Origin: Candidatus Methanomethylicia archaeon
GTDB lineage: Archaea > Thermoproteota > Methanomethylicia > CALHIW01
Assembly (NCBI GenBank): GCA_038845975.1
Contig: JAWBQF010000017.1
Location: forward strand, 1-59,504
Reading direction: 5' to 3'
DNA: 59,504 nucleotides
Position 1 is the first letter of the stretch; each line of letters starts with the position of its first letter. Of this stretch, positions 40,233-50,403 are shown in pieces. The position numbers were made by a program, and so were the translations under genes. The notes below the pieces were generated by a model. That model saw only the letters and a list, made by a program, of their open reading frames with translations. It was not told where the DNA came from and did no database searches.

Positions 40233-41286
40233 TGCTCTTAAAGTATGGTATTACTTGCTTCTCAAAGTGTGAAATTGTTTCTTCAAAATTTATTGGGAAT
40301 GGTATTGCTATGAATAGTTTAACTCCAGCCTTAATATATTCCTCGATTTTACCTATAGCTTCATCAGGTGTTCCTGCAACTGTAACTGCTTCAACAGCTT
40401 CTAAAGGTATTCTATCAGCAATACTGTATAGCTTATCTAGCTGCTCCTTTGTAAATGTTATCTTCCATATGTCGAAGGCTTCCTCAGCAAGCTTTTCATA
40501 TCCGAGATCTTTAAGAAGTCTATTACGAAGTGCAAGCACTGTTCTAGTTCTAGCTACAAGTACTTGTTTAGCCTTCTCTCCATCTCTTGATATGCTTGTG
40601 AAAATCATTGCTGCAGCATCTATATCTTCAGGGTTTCTACCAGCCTTCTTAGCGTGAATATATATATCCTCTATGCTTTTCCTATATGTTTTAGGAGATT
40701 CCACCCACGGTATCCATCCATCACCAAGCACCCCTATAATTTTCCTCATTCTAGGTCCATATCCACCAATATATATAGGTGGCTTACATATTGGTTTGAA
40801 GCTTAAAAAGGCATCTTTAAGCTTAAAGTATCTTCCATTAAATGATGCTGGCTTATCTCTTGTTGAATCCCATAGTAGTCTTATTACTTTTATTCCCTCT
40901 TCAAGTATTGATGCTGGCTTATCCCATTTAACATCCGGGATTGGATCTAGATTAAATGCTTCACCAGCACCTAATGCAAGTACTGCTCTACCATTTGTTA
41001 ATTGGTCTATTGTAGCTATTATATGAGCTATTGTAGCAGGATGTCTTCTTAAAACATCTGATACTCCTGGAGTAAGCTTAATCCTTTTAGTGGTTAGTCC
41101 TATAGCTGTAAGTAGAGTATAGACATCCCATGGTGGGTCTTTAAGAAACCTTTCATCTAATGGATGAAACAGATGGTCTGGAAGCGATACAATATCAAAT
41201 CCAGCTTTCTCAACTAAAACTGCATATTGAATTGTTCTCCAAATATCTCCATAGGTAATTATTTGACATCCAAATCTTAAACTCAT
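40222..41286 (-). CDS. LLM-class flavin/F420-dependent oxidoreductase
   Basis: AGFD...PDH, RHPA, DQLTNGRAVLALGAGE, PPIYIGG.GP, GDGW. Confidence 0.88.
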   Translation of the reverse strand: MSLRFGCQIITYGDIWRTIQYAVLVEKAGFDIVSLPDHLFHPLDERFLKDPPWDVYTLLTAIGLTTKRIKLTPGVSDVLRRHPATIAHIIATIDQLTNGRAVLALGAGEAFNLDPIPDVKWDKPASILEEGIKVIRLLWDSTRDKPASFNGRYFKLKDAFLSFKPICKPPIYIGGYGPRMRKIIGVLGDGWIPWVESPKTYRKSIEDIYIHAKKAGRNPEDIDAAAMIFTSISRDGEKAKQVLVARTRTVLALRNRLLKDLGYEKLAEEAFDIWKITFTKEQLDKLYSIADRIPLEAVEAVTVAGTPDEAIGKIEEYIKAGVKLFIAIPFPINFEETISHFEKQVIPYFKSNEA

Positions 41287-42077
41287 AAAACCTCAGTCAA
41301 TAGTACTAGCTAGATATTTAAATACTTTATCATAGTTTCCATGAATGTGACAGTTTAAGTTCATCTTCTAGTAGTTGTATTATAGTATGATTTGATGAAC
41401 AGTAGTGTCCAATTGTTCTCTTATCATTTAGGATGTGGTCTATTGAGTTTGATTATTGAACTGAGAATACTCTATTTCCCCCGCTAAATGATGAGTTTAC
41501 TGGATTCAACTATAATCCTCTTACTGATAAGGTATTTCTAATATATGGTGGTTTAAGTTCTTGAGAGATTTAGAAATCCCTTATGCACCACCGATGAAGA
41601 ATATTTGTTTTCATTATAATACCTTAAAATACTTCATTGAGAATTGGATATCGTAATTTCCTGTAGAATATGCCTTCATAGCTATGATCTTAGTGGAGTC
41701 TGATCATTCACTAAGTAGATAAGAATACCATACAAGTAATAAGCTTAAAATTCTAGATGAAATATATAAGCATTATAAAAATCAATATGATTAGACTTCT
41801 CTGGTAAACCTAGTGGATTTAACATGGTTTCCTAAAGTAGTGTCTTGCAAACTTAGTTTTACTTATGAAATGTTAGTGAACTTAAGAATGTTTTATCATA
41901 CCCTGTCTAGACGAGTTATGGTTATATGTAGAGGTAAAGTTATAGCTGACAATAATTCTCATTATAACTTAAGGCTCATATCCTAATTCTGTAGTATATG
42001 AAGACCTTGCATAGGGTTCAACATCATAAGCTAAGGATGAAGGTTGTATGTTTAGATTTGCTGTGTTGGCTATATGT

Positions 42078-43346
42078 TTATGTTAGCCATGATTCGATGT
42101 ATTCTTCCTGTTTCTTTGTTAATTTATCTATTTCTACTCCAAGTGTTTTTAGTTTTAGTTCCGCTATTTTGACATCAATTTCATAGGGGACTCTATATAC
42201 CCTTCCTTCAAGTCTTCCTCTATTTTTAATTAGGTATTTTACACATTCAGCCTGTAGTGAGAAGCTTAAATCCATTATTTCAGCTGCATGGCCTTGTCCA
42301 CATGCTAAATTTACAAGTCTACCCTTACCTAGGAGATATGCTATCTTACCATTTTTAAGCCTATATTTTCTAACCATGTATGTATTGTATGGTGTTTGGA
42401 AGAATCTCATATCCTTCTTCTCAATAGCTTCCTCTTCTAAGTCTCTTACTGAAACCTCAACATCGAAATGTCCAGCATTTGCAAGTATGCATTTATCCTT
42501 TATATTCTTTAAATGTTCTTTAGTAACTACATCTATGTTTCCTGTAGCCGTTATTACTATGTCTGCTATTTTGATAGCATCAATCATTCTCATAACTTTA
42601 AATCCATCCATGCATGCCTCTACAGCTCTAATTGGATTAACCTCTGTAATTATTACGTTTGCACCCATGCCTCTAAATCTTAAGGCAATACCCCTACCAA
42701 CCCATCCGTATCCAGCAACAACAACTGTTTTACCGGCTATAACTGTATTTGTAGCATTTAGGAAGCCAAATATTACTGATTCGCCAGTACCATATCTATT
42801 ATCAAATAGATACTTCATCATAGCATCATTAACAGCTATAGCTGGAAATCTTAGTAAACGGTTTCTCTCAAGATTTCTCAGTCTTCTAACACCTGTTGTT
42901 GTTTCTTCACATACACCATATACATCACCTATATTTTCAGGTTTCTCCCTATGTAGGGTAATGGTTAAGTCAGCTCCATCATCAATAATTATATTAGGAG
43001 AATTATCAAGTACTCTCCTAATATTCTCCATATACTCCTCTTCAGTTTCCCCCCTCCAAGCGTATACATATGCATAATCTGATAACGCAGCTGCAACAGC
43101 ATCCTGTGTACTTTCAGGATTTGAAGCACAAACATAAACTCTAGCTCCAGCTTCAGTAAGTGTTTTAACCAATACAGCTGTTTTACCCTCAATATGTAGG
43201 CAAGCACCAATCCTAATACCTCTAAGAGCCTGCTCTTTTATAAGTTCCTCTCTTATTATCTTCAATATAGGCATCCAATCTTCAGCCCAGTCAATAAGAT
43301 CCATGCCAATCGGTTTAAGACTAGGATCTTTAACAATAAAGCCCAT
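42078..43346 (-). CDS. ahcY: Adenosylhomocysteinase
   Basis: CLH, SNPESTQD, DDGAD, EETTTG, KYLFDNRYGTGES, NAGHFD, GRLVNL, MDLSF. Confidence 0.96.
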   Translation of the reverse strand: MGFIVKDPSLKPIGMDLIDWAEDWMPILKIIREELIKEQALRGIRIGACLHIEGKTAVLVKTLTEAGARVYVCASNPESTQDAVAAALSDYAYVYAWRGETEEEYMENIRRVLDNSPNIIIDDGADLTITLHREKPENIGDVYGVCEETTTGVRRLRNLERNRLLRFPAIAVNDAMMKYLFDNRYGTGESVIFGFLNATNTVIAGKTVVVAGYGWVGRGIALRFRGMGANVIITEVNPIRAVEACMDGFKVMRMIDAIKIADIVITATGNIDVVTKEHLKNIKDKCILANAGHFDVEVSVRDLEEEAIEKKDMRFFQTPYNTYMVRKYRLKNGKIAYLLGKGRLVNLACGQGHAAEIMDLSFSLQAECVKYLIKNRGRLEGRVYRVPYEIDVKIAELKLKTLGVEIDKLTKKQEEYIESWLT

Positions 43347-43710
43347 AATATTAGAGTATACAGGAAAATTAAAATCTTTCCTATAAATTTCATCTTACAA
43401 TCTTAAGAACATTTACTATTCTTCACAATTACTATAAGGTATTAGGAATTTAGTTGTGATGCTCAACTATATTGCCCTCTTCATACTCCTAAACCATATC
43501 TCTCAATCATTAGTGAAGCTGACATATACTACATCTCCCTGTTTATATTAATCCTTATTTAGGAAGTTTCAACCCGCTTCAGTATTTCCTCAACAATTCT
43601 AAAATGCCCAATTACTATCTACATGAAGCTTAGAATCGATATGAGTATGTGCTTAAGAGCTGTAATGACTTATCGTTAAGTATATATGGTAGCTATGCAT
43701 TATTTAGTTA

Positions 43711-44988
43711 ATGTATAGTGAAGAAATAGAAAACCTTGCTAATAAGATAAGAGATGCTTTACAAAGAGGGAGATATCGTACTGCATTAAAATATATTGAT
43801 GAAGTATCGAGGAAAATAGATTCACCTGAGCTTTGGCTCACGAAGGGTTATGTTTATGCTTGTCTTAATAGCTATGAGGATGCATTAAAATGCTATGATA
43901 GAGCTTTAGAAATGGATCCAAGCATGGCTGAAGCATGGAATAATAAGGGAGTTACTCTACTTCAAACTGATAAATATGAGGAGGCTCTAAGACATCTTAC
44001 TAAAGCTTCAGAACTAAATCCTTTCAATACAGTATTCATAGTAAATAGAGCTGAAGTTCTTCATAAGCTTGGAAGACTTGAAGAAGCTATTAAATGCTAT
44101 GATGAAGTTATAGATTTAGATCCGAAAGTTGTTTCAGCGTGGATTCATAAAGGAGATATTTTCCTGGAGAAAAATAGATTCGAGGAAGCCCTTAAATGTT
44201 ATGAAAGAGCTGTTGATGAAAATCCTGCATACATTATGGCATGGGTGAAAGTAACTTCAACTCTAAGAAAGCTAGGTAAAGAGAAGGACGCTGAAGATAT
44301 TGGGAAAATTATGAAAATAGTTTCTAAAATCTACAATCTTCTTAGTAGAGGTAATTATAAGTCAGCTTTAAATAAGACCAATAAAATAATAGATTTAAAC
44401 CCCTCCTTTCCGTTTACATGGAGATTAAAGGGAGTTATTCTTCTACACATGGGGGAGAAAAATGAAGCATTAAAATGTTTTGACGAAACATTAAGAATAA
44501 AGCCAAAAGATATTACTTCACTAATATATAAGGGAGAAATACTTATAAGCTATGAGAAATATAGTGATGCAAAAGAATGCTTTCTAAAAGCGCTTAAAAT
44601 AGGTAAATGCAATGAAAGAGCATTATATGGAGCTGCTATAGCATCATTTATGCTTAACCAATATGAAGAAGCAGAAAACTACATTGAAAAAATTCTTAAA
44701 ATAAATTCTAGAAACTATGAATCAATACTTATTAAAGCTCTAATTCTAGCACAACGTAAAGATTATGATGGAATGAGAGAAAACATAATGAAAGTCTATA
44801 AAATGGATAAGCATGGAGTAATAGAGAATCTAGGAGCATTAACATATGAACAAATGAAGAAATTAAATATAAATGTAGCAATCACTAAATGTAGAAGATT
44901 TTTATGTAAAGCAAAGACCCTAATCATCAAATATGTAGAGAATGAAACTGAAAAAACAATAATACTTAAAGGATGTAACCATAAATAA
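43711..44988 (+). CDS. Tetratricopeptide repeat protein
   Basis: Multiple 34 aa TPRs (W..KG......YEEA.KCYD.A...DP). Confidence 0.9.
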   Translation: MYSEEIENLANKIRDALQRGRYRTALKYIDEVSRKIDSPELWLTKGYVYACLNSYEDALKCYDRALEMDPSMAEAWNNKGVTLLQTDKYEEALRHLTKASELNPFNTVFIVNRAEVLHKLGRLEEAIKCYDEVIDLDPKVVSAWIHKGDIFLEKNRFEEALKCYERAVDENPAYIMAWVKVTSTLRKLGKEKDAEDIGKIMKIVSKIYNLLSRGNYKSALNKTNKIIDLNPSFPFTWRLKGVILLHMGEKNEALKCFDETLRIKPKDITSLIYKGEILISYEKYSDAKECFLKALKIGKCNERALYGAAIASFMLNQYEEAENYIEKILKINSRNYESILIKALILAQRKDYDGMRENIMKVYKMDKHGVIENLGALTYEQMKKLNINVAITKCRRFLCKAKTLIIKYVENETEKTIILKGCNHK

Positions 44989-45268
44989 TATTTCTATCTG
45001 GTAATAATTCATTACTACAGCAACTATAAAAGTACTAAGTAGTTTCCTACTATTAAGTAATGAGTTTAAACTACAATACCCAATGATGATGTAAACATAT
45101 CCACTCCCTATATTATGGTTATGCGATTTTCTAAAAGCTTAACTCCTACTCTTCTCTAGAGTAAGTCCATAAATTCAATTTTACATAAATGAGAAATCCC
45201 AATAAGCGTCTTAACTATAGTATTTAATGGATAAAGTATAAGAAGCAAATATTAAGCCATAAAAAAGT

Positions 45269-46753
45269 TTAAAGTATTTTAATTCCAAAGAATTGGCCAA
45301 GTATCATTGCTGTTGCGAAGAATATGCAAAGTAGCCAGAATATTATTAAAGCTATGTATTCCCATGCTCCGGGTTTCAGTTCTTTTGGAAGCTTAGTATT
45401 TAAGTATAGGACTGCAGGTACAAAGAATACGGCTGCTACATTAGCCATGTTAGCGGCTATTAATGTTAGAATTAGCGGTGCTGTCTGCCATATTGCCCAT
45501 GAGGCGAAGAGAATGTAGATTACGTTAAGTGTATAGTATAGAATTCTTATGTCGTTTTTAAAGAAATTCCTAACCCCCCCATGTATCCATGCAGTATCTG
45601 TTGTTGTTCTAATTAGTACATCAATAACTCCTAGCTGAGTTGGAATTAGACATGCAATGCCTACAAGTGATATATAGTAGAATCCCCATGGACCAACCTT
45701 AGCTGCAAACTGTTCAGCTATATGTGCAGCTACGCCCCATGTGGGTAGTGATGTACCAAGCTCTGTAACTGAACGTACTGCAAGTGCAGGTAGGAACATT
45801 CCAAATAGTGCACCTATGAAGAATATACCGTACTGGTCGTATTTAAGTATTTTAACCCATTTCCTCCATATTTCAAGATTTTCCTTCGTTAATCTAAACA
45901 TTTTACCTGTAGGTGATACTGCGATTTTTCTACCCCCTATGATTGCAGGTATATATCCAACTAGACTACCTACCCCGTAACCCTTATCTCTATAGTAACC
46001 GCTTGTAAGAATGTTAAGACCTGTTGCATACCCTATATAGCCCCACCATCCACCTAGAAGGAGAACATCAACACCTCTAGGTATATAGCCTACACTTACA
46101 ACACCTTGAGCTGCTTCACGTAAAGCATCCCATGTTACTGTGATAGGACATATAATGAATATCATGGAGAAGAGTGTAAATCCAACACCGAAAACCCAGT
46201 TAAATATTTCAAGAGTTCTTTCAATTTTATATCCAATAGCTAGAATTAATAGACATATTAGGAAGAGTACTATGCCTATATATCTTATTGTAGTAGCATG
46301 CTCTGCTCCAGGTATTTTTCCAAGAATCATCGCCATTACAGCTGTTGCTGAAGTTGCAGCCCATCCAGGCCAAGCCCATCCAAGCCAGGCAAGTATTATA
46401 GTTAGAGGGGACCAAAGCCATTTTCCTGGAGGTACCCTATTAAGATATCTTGTAGCTGATTCACCTGTAGCTATCGTTATTCTTGCAAAGCTACAATTCC
46501 ATACTGTCTGTAGAAATGCTCCAACCCATACAAGCCAAAACAGGTATAAGCCATACCTAGCTGCAACACTAGGCCCCATAAGCCACTCTCCACTACCAAT
46601 AGATACACCGAGAACAATAACAGCAGGCCCAAGAACCTTCGTTATTAAATTACCTGTTGTTAACTTTGAAACTCCGAAAACTTCTTCAGGTGTTGGAAGC
46701 TTATCGATGACCTCGATAGGCTCAATACCGAATTTAAAAGTTTCTCTAGACAT
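45269..46753 (-). CDS. Nramp-like / APC-superfamily transporter, paralog 3
   Basis: Same motifs as paralogs 1 and 2. The start was moved to the ATG at 46753 from paralog alignment and the TATA box near 46782-46791. Confidence 0.82.
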   Translation of the reverse strand: MSRETFKFGIEPIEVIDKLPTPEEVFGVSKLTTGNLITKVLGPAVIVLGVSIGSGEWLMGPSVAARYGLYLFWLVWVGAFLQTVWNCSFARITIATGESATRYLNRVPPGKWLWSPLTIILAWLGWAWPGWAATSATAVMAMILGKIPGAEHATTIRYIGIVLFLICLLILAIGYKIERTLEIFNWVFGVGFTLFSMIFIICPITVTWDALREAAQGVVSVGYIPRGVDVLLLGGWWGYIGYATGLNILTSGYYRDKGYGVGSLVGYIPAIIGGRKIAVSPTGKMFRLTKENLEIWRKWVKILKYDQYGIFFIGALFGMFLPALAVRSVTELGTSLPTWGVAAHIAEQFAAKVGPWGFYYISLVGIACLIPTQLGVIDVLIRTTTDTAWIHGGVRNFFKNDIRILYYTLNVIYILFASWAIWQTAPLILTLIAANMANVAAVFFVPAVLYLNTKLPKELKPGAWEYIALIIFWLLCIFFATAMILGQFFGIKIL

Positions 46754-46809
46754 ACACTCAACCGAGGGAAATTCACCCCTGTATATATAAACTTTACGTT
46801 GGAACAATA

Positions 46810-47521
46810 GGCTTTGTTAACTTAAGCATGCTTATCACCTCTATTTTTGGTTTTGTTTTCTATTAATTCTTAGCTTTTATTTTGTCATTAATCCATGTTT
46901 GTTTAGTATGTATACTATTGACTTCATAAGCATCGATGCATGCTCACCATTACACTTACCCTTCATACAAGGTATATAGTTATCAAATAGTTTAGTTCTA
47001 TCCTTAATGTATTTTACTATTTTCTCCATTAAGTTTCCAACCTCAAACTATATCGTGTTTAAATTCAATATTCTACATGCTATAGTATTGAGCACAATCA
47101 CCTAATACAACTATATTAGAACCATAGATAGCCCCTATTTTCTTAGGAATGTTAGTGATGTAAGTATATTTGAAACATTACAAACCCATACATATAGAAT
47201 CTCCTTAACAATGGCTCAAACACAACATAATAATCTTCCTCGTAGAGCCTACGTTAATGATGGTATCATCAACCATAACTACTCCAACATCCCTCCTATC
47301 AAAATCAATAGAAGCTTAAGATAAACCACGATAATATAGATATATAACTCCTAACAACAATAAACTAGATATCCGAAGCCATTCTAGAAGAACGAAAATA
47401 TATAAGCAATAAACAACTAGAGTAAATGAAGTTCTCTCCCTAACAAACCTAACAACTTTAACCATAAACACACCATAAATAAGGGAGAGAACTCCCAAAT
47501 AAATCTAAAGTTAACAAAGCC
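46810..47521 (-). mobile_element. IS6-family element with pseudogenised transposase, second copy
   Basis: Same 14 bp TIRs as the 25489 copy; fragments VMVDDTIINVG, VLGDCAQYY and NLMEKIVKYIKDRTKLFDNYI mark the D, D and E regions; no matching TSD. Confidence 0.85.
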
Positions 47522-47645
47522 CTATAAATGTTGGTAAGCCTTAAATATATGTAAGCTAAGCTAGATTGGTGGGTTTGGTTGTTTTGGATTGTTTATTTTC
47601 TTAAATATTCAGCTATCTTAGCTAGATTTGTTAGGGTGTTGCTGG

Positions 47646-49040
47646 ATGATTGAGTATGCATTAAGGGAGATTGAAGGGATTGTTGGATCAGGAAATCTTC
47701 TACGTGATACTGCTAATCTATACATTTTTAGAGCTGGTGCAGCTGATCTTTCATGTAGGGGTAAACCTAATGCTATTGTTCATGTTACAAGTAGGGATCA
47801 AGTTCCTGAAATAATGAAGATAGCTTATAAGTATGAAATTCCAGTAATACCTAGGGGTGGAGGATCTAGTGTTACAGGTGTTGTAGCGCCAGTTAATGGT
47901 GGAATTATACTTGATCTTAAAGCTCTAGATAAGATTATAGTTGATATTGATAATGGAGTTGTAGAAGCTGAAGCTGGAGCAACAATACTTGACGTGGATA
48001 ATGAATGTAGAAAGTATGGCTTCTTCTTCCCTCCAGATCCTGCAAGTGCTAGAATAGCTACTGTAGGAGGCTCAATAGCTGAAAATGCTGGTGGAATGCG
48101 TGGAGCTAGATATGGAGTTATGAGGGACTGGGTATTAAAGCTTGAAGTTGTATTAGCTGATGGTACACTAACATATTTCGGTGAGGCTGTATATAAGAAT
48201 ACTGCAGGCTATGATTTGGTTGGGCTTATGGTTGGAAGTGAGGGAACCCTAGGTATAATAACTAGGGCCTGGCTTAAGATAATGCCTCTTCCAGAGAGGA
48301 TAGTGAGGATAGTTGGCTTTTTCGATAGGGTTGAGGATGCTGGTAGAGCAATATTTAGAGTGAGAAGGGAGGGAGTAAATCCTCTTATACTAGAATATGC
48401 AGATATAGAGGGGATTGTAGCTGCAAATAGAATTAAAAAGTTTAATTATCCTGAAGCTAATGGTGGAATGGTGCTTGTTGACGTTGATGGTCCAAGGGTA
48501 GGAGTAGAATCAATTGCTGAAAAGGTAGTAAAAATATTTAGGGAGGAGAATGCATCAACAATTCTTAGACCAAGTACTCCTGAGGAAATGGAGAATATAA
48601 TGGATGTTAGGAGGATTGCATTTACAGCTCCTGCAAGATTATATCCAGGGTTTATTGATGGAGACATAGTTGTTCCTCTTTCAAAGATAGGGGATGCTCT
48701 AGTTGGAATTGATGAGATAAGGAGAAAGTATAATGTATTTATAACTGTTGCAGGTCATGTTGGAGATGGAAACTTACATCCTAACATAGGTGTTAATCCA
48801 AATAATAGGGATGAATGGGAGAGAGCTGAGAAAGCAGCTTACGAGCTTAACATGCTTGCCATAAGACTAGGAGGCTCTATTGCTGCTGAGCATGGAATTG
48901 GTAGGTTAAAGGAGGGTCTTCTACTAAAACAGTTTGAAGCTAGGAATCAGTTAGCAGCGTACAATCTTATGAGGGAGATAAAGAAGATATTTGATCCTAA
49001 AAACATATTGAATCCAGGTGTATGTGCGTTGAGGTGGTAG
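47646..49040 (+). CDS. FAD-linked 2-hydroxyacid oxidoreductase (GlcD/Dld family), second paralog
   Basis: PRGGGSS, PPDPAS, GYDL...GSEGTLG, GHVGDGNLH, AEHGIG, FDPKNILNPG. Confidence 0.92.
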   Translation: MIEYALREIEGIVGSGNLLRDTANLYIFRAGAADLSCRGKPNAIVHVTSRDQVPEIMKIAYKYEIPVIPRGGGSSVTGVVAPVNGGIILDLKALDKIIVDIDNGVVEAEAGATILDVDNECRKYGFFFPPDPASARIATVGGSIAENAGGMRGARYGVMRDWVLKLEVVLADGTLTYFGEAVYKNTAGYDLVGLMVGSEGTLGIITRAWLKIMPLPERIVRIVGFFDRVEDAGRAIFRVRREGVNPLILEYADIEGIVAANRIKKFNYPEANGGMVLVDVDGPRVGVESIAEKVVKIFREENASTILRPSTPEEMENIMDVRRIAFTAPARLYPGFIDGDIVVPLSKIGDALVGIDEIRRKYNVFITVAGHVGDGNLHPNIGVNPNNRDEWERAEKAAYELNMLAIRLGGSIAAEHGIGRLKEGLLLKQFEARNQLAAYNLMREIKKIFDPKNILNPGVCALRW

Positions 49041-49041
49041 T

Positions 49042-50094
49042 ATGCCCTACGAGTATGAAGATATCCTAGCTATAATAGATTTTATAAGGGAATCTATGTC
49101 TAAGTATGGTAATCCTGTAGGATTAACTGGTGATGAACTTTCAGCATGGAGTGGTAATCTAGATTTAAAGAGGAAGGGGGAAACTGTTTTCTATGCTGGT
49201 ATGTATACGTATATGGGTTATGCTGAAACAGCTCTTATGCTTGAGTATTTTCTGAAGAATAAGGGGATGAGAGTTTCAGATCTTCTAAAATGGGTCGATA
49301 AGGCATCTAAGCTTGGATATGAGAAGAATATGAAGGGAATAGTTAGGCTTTTATCCTCTCCATTATCGCTACTAGGTAGATTGATAGGTATATCAGGGGA
49401 TTTACTTTCATCTCTGAGAGATATAGCTAGGAGTGTTGATGAAAGAAGTAAGGTATACTATGCTAAGCTTGTTAAGGGTGTTAAGCTTCTAAGAGATAGT
49501 GGAATTGACTTTGCATATTTAGGCTCAGATGAGCCTGATTCAGGTGTAGCTCTTCATACGTTTGGTCTTCTTGAAGACTTTAGGAGGCATGCTGAAAACG
49601 TATATAGTAGATTGAAAAGCTATGGTGTGAAAAGAATTATAACAATGGATCCTATTAGCGGGGCTGCATTAAAGTTCCACTATCCTAAGTTTGTAGATGG
49701 ATTTGATATTGAGGTGAAACATATTACTCATGTTCTCCAGCCTAAAGCTGCTAGAAGTGAGTATATTGGAAGCCTTGTATATCATGATCCATGCCCTCTA
49801 GTAAGATATTGGAAAACAATAAATGAACCTCGAAATCTTCTAGCAGCTATAGGGTTTAAGGTTATTGATCCGCCTAACTCAAGAGAGAAAACAAGATGTG
49901 ATGGTGGAGCTATTGAATATCAAGATCCTATAGGATCCATGATGCAGGCTAGAATTAGACTTAATGAACTTCTCTCAACAGGTCAAAATAAAGTAGTTAC
50001 GTCATGTCCTGTATGTATTATGCTATTCAGGATTGGAAGCTATATTTCATCTCTTAATGTTGAAGTATATGATATTGTAGATCTAATATCGTAG
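49042..50094 (+). CDS. CCG-domain (Fe-S)-binding protein, degenerate GlcF C-terminal part
   Basis: YHDPC, RCDGG and TSCPVC; the first CCG domain lacks its Cys residues (EPDSG, TMDP). Confidence 0.78.
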   Translation: MPYEYEDILAIIDFIRESMSKYGNPVGLTGDELSAWSGNLDLKRKGETVFYAGMYTYMGYAETALMLEYFLKNKGMRVSDLLKWVDKASKLGYEKNMKGIVRLLSSPLSLLGRLIGISGDLLSSLRDIARSVDERSKVYYAKLVKGVKLLRDSGIDFAYLGSDEPDSGVALHTFGLLEDFRRHAENVYSRLKSYGVKRIITMDPISGAALKFHYPKFVDGFDIEVKHITHVLQPKAARSEYIGSLVYHDPCPLVRYWKTINEPRNLLAAIGFKVIDPPNSREKTRCDGGAIEYQDPIGSMMQARIRLNELLSTGQNKVVTSCPVCIMLFRIGSYISSLNVEVYDIVDLIS

Positions 50095-50102
50095 GGGTTG
50101 TT

Positions 50103-50399
50103 ATGGATTATCTTCAAAATTTAAAGAGTGAAGTGGAGAGATGTATTAGATGTGGATTCTGCGTTTACTGTTGTCCAAGCTGGCTTGCACATGGAAAATT
50201 TGAGTACTATAGTCCTAGAGGTAGAGTAATACTTATGAATAGTATACTAGATGGTGAAGTGAAGCTTGAGGATGTTGTTGAATCTATATATTCATGTAAT
50301 ACTTGTAGGCGATGTCTTCTAGATTGTCCAGCAGGTATTGATGTAGCTGAGCTAGTAATACTAGCTAGATGGCATATATTGAATAAACTGAAAAAATAA
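50103..50399 (+). CDS. 4Fe-4S dicluster protein (GlcF N-terminal domain as a separate gene)
   Basis: CIRCGFCVYCCP, SPRGR, CNTCRRCLLDCP. Confidence 0.85.
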   Translation: MDYLQNLKSEVERCIRCGFCVYCCPSWLAHGKFEYYSPRGRVILMNSILDGEVKLEDVVESIYSCNTCRRCLLDCPAGIDVAELVILARWHILNKLKK

Positions 50400-50403
50400 T
50401 CTA

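Noticed and set aside
41487-41527. C/D box sRNA (ATGATGA...CTGA)
   Set aside because: The spacing is too short for two guides, with no clear D'/C' boxes or terminal stem.
46754-46807. 18 aa N-terminal extension of transporter 3
   Set aside because: It spans the TATA box and is absent from the paralogs.
47316-47498. 60 aa membrane-like ORF
   Set aside because: It is the frameshifted start of the IS6 transposase pseudogene.
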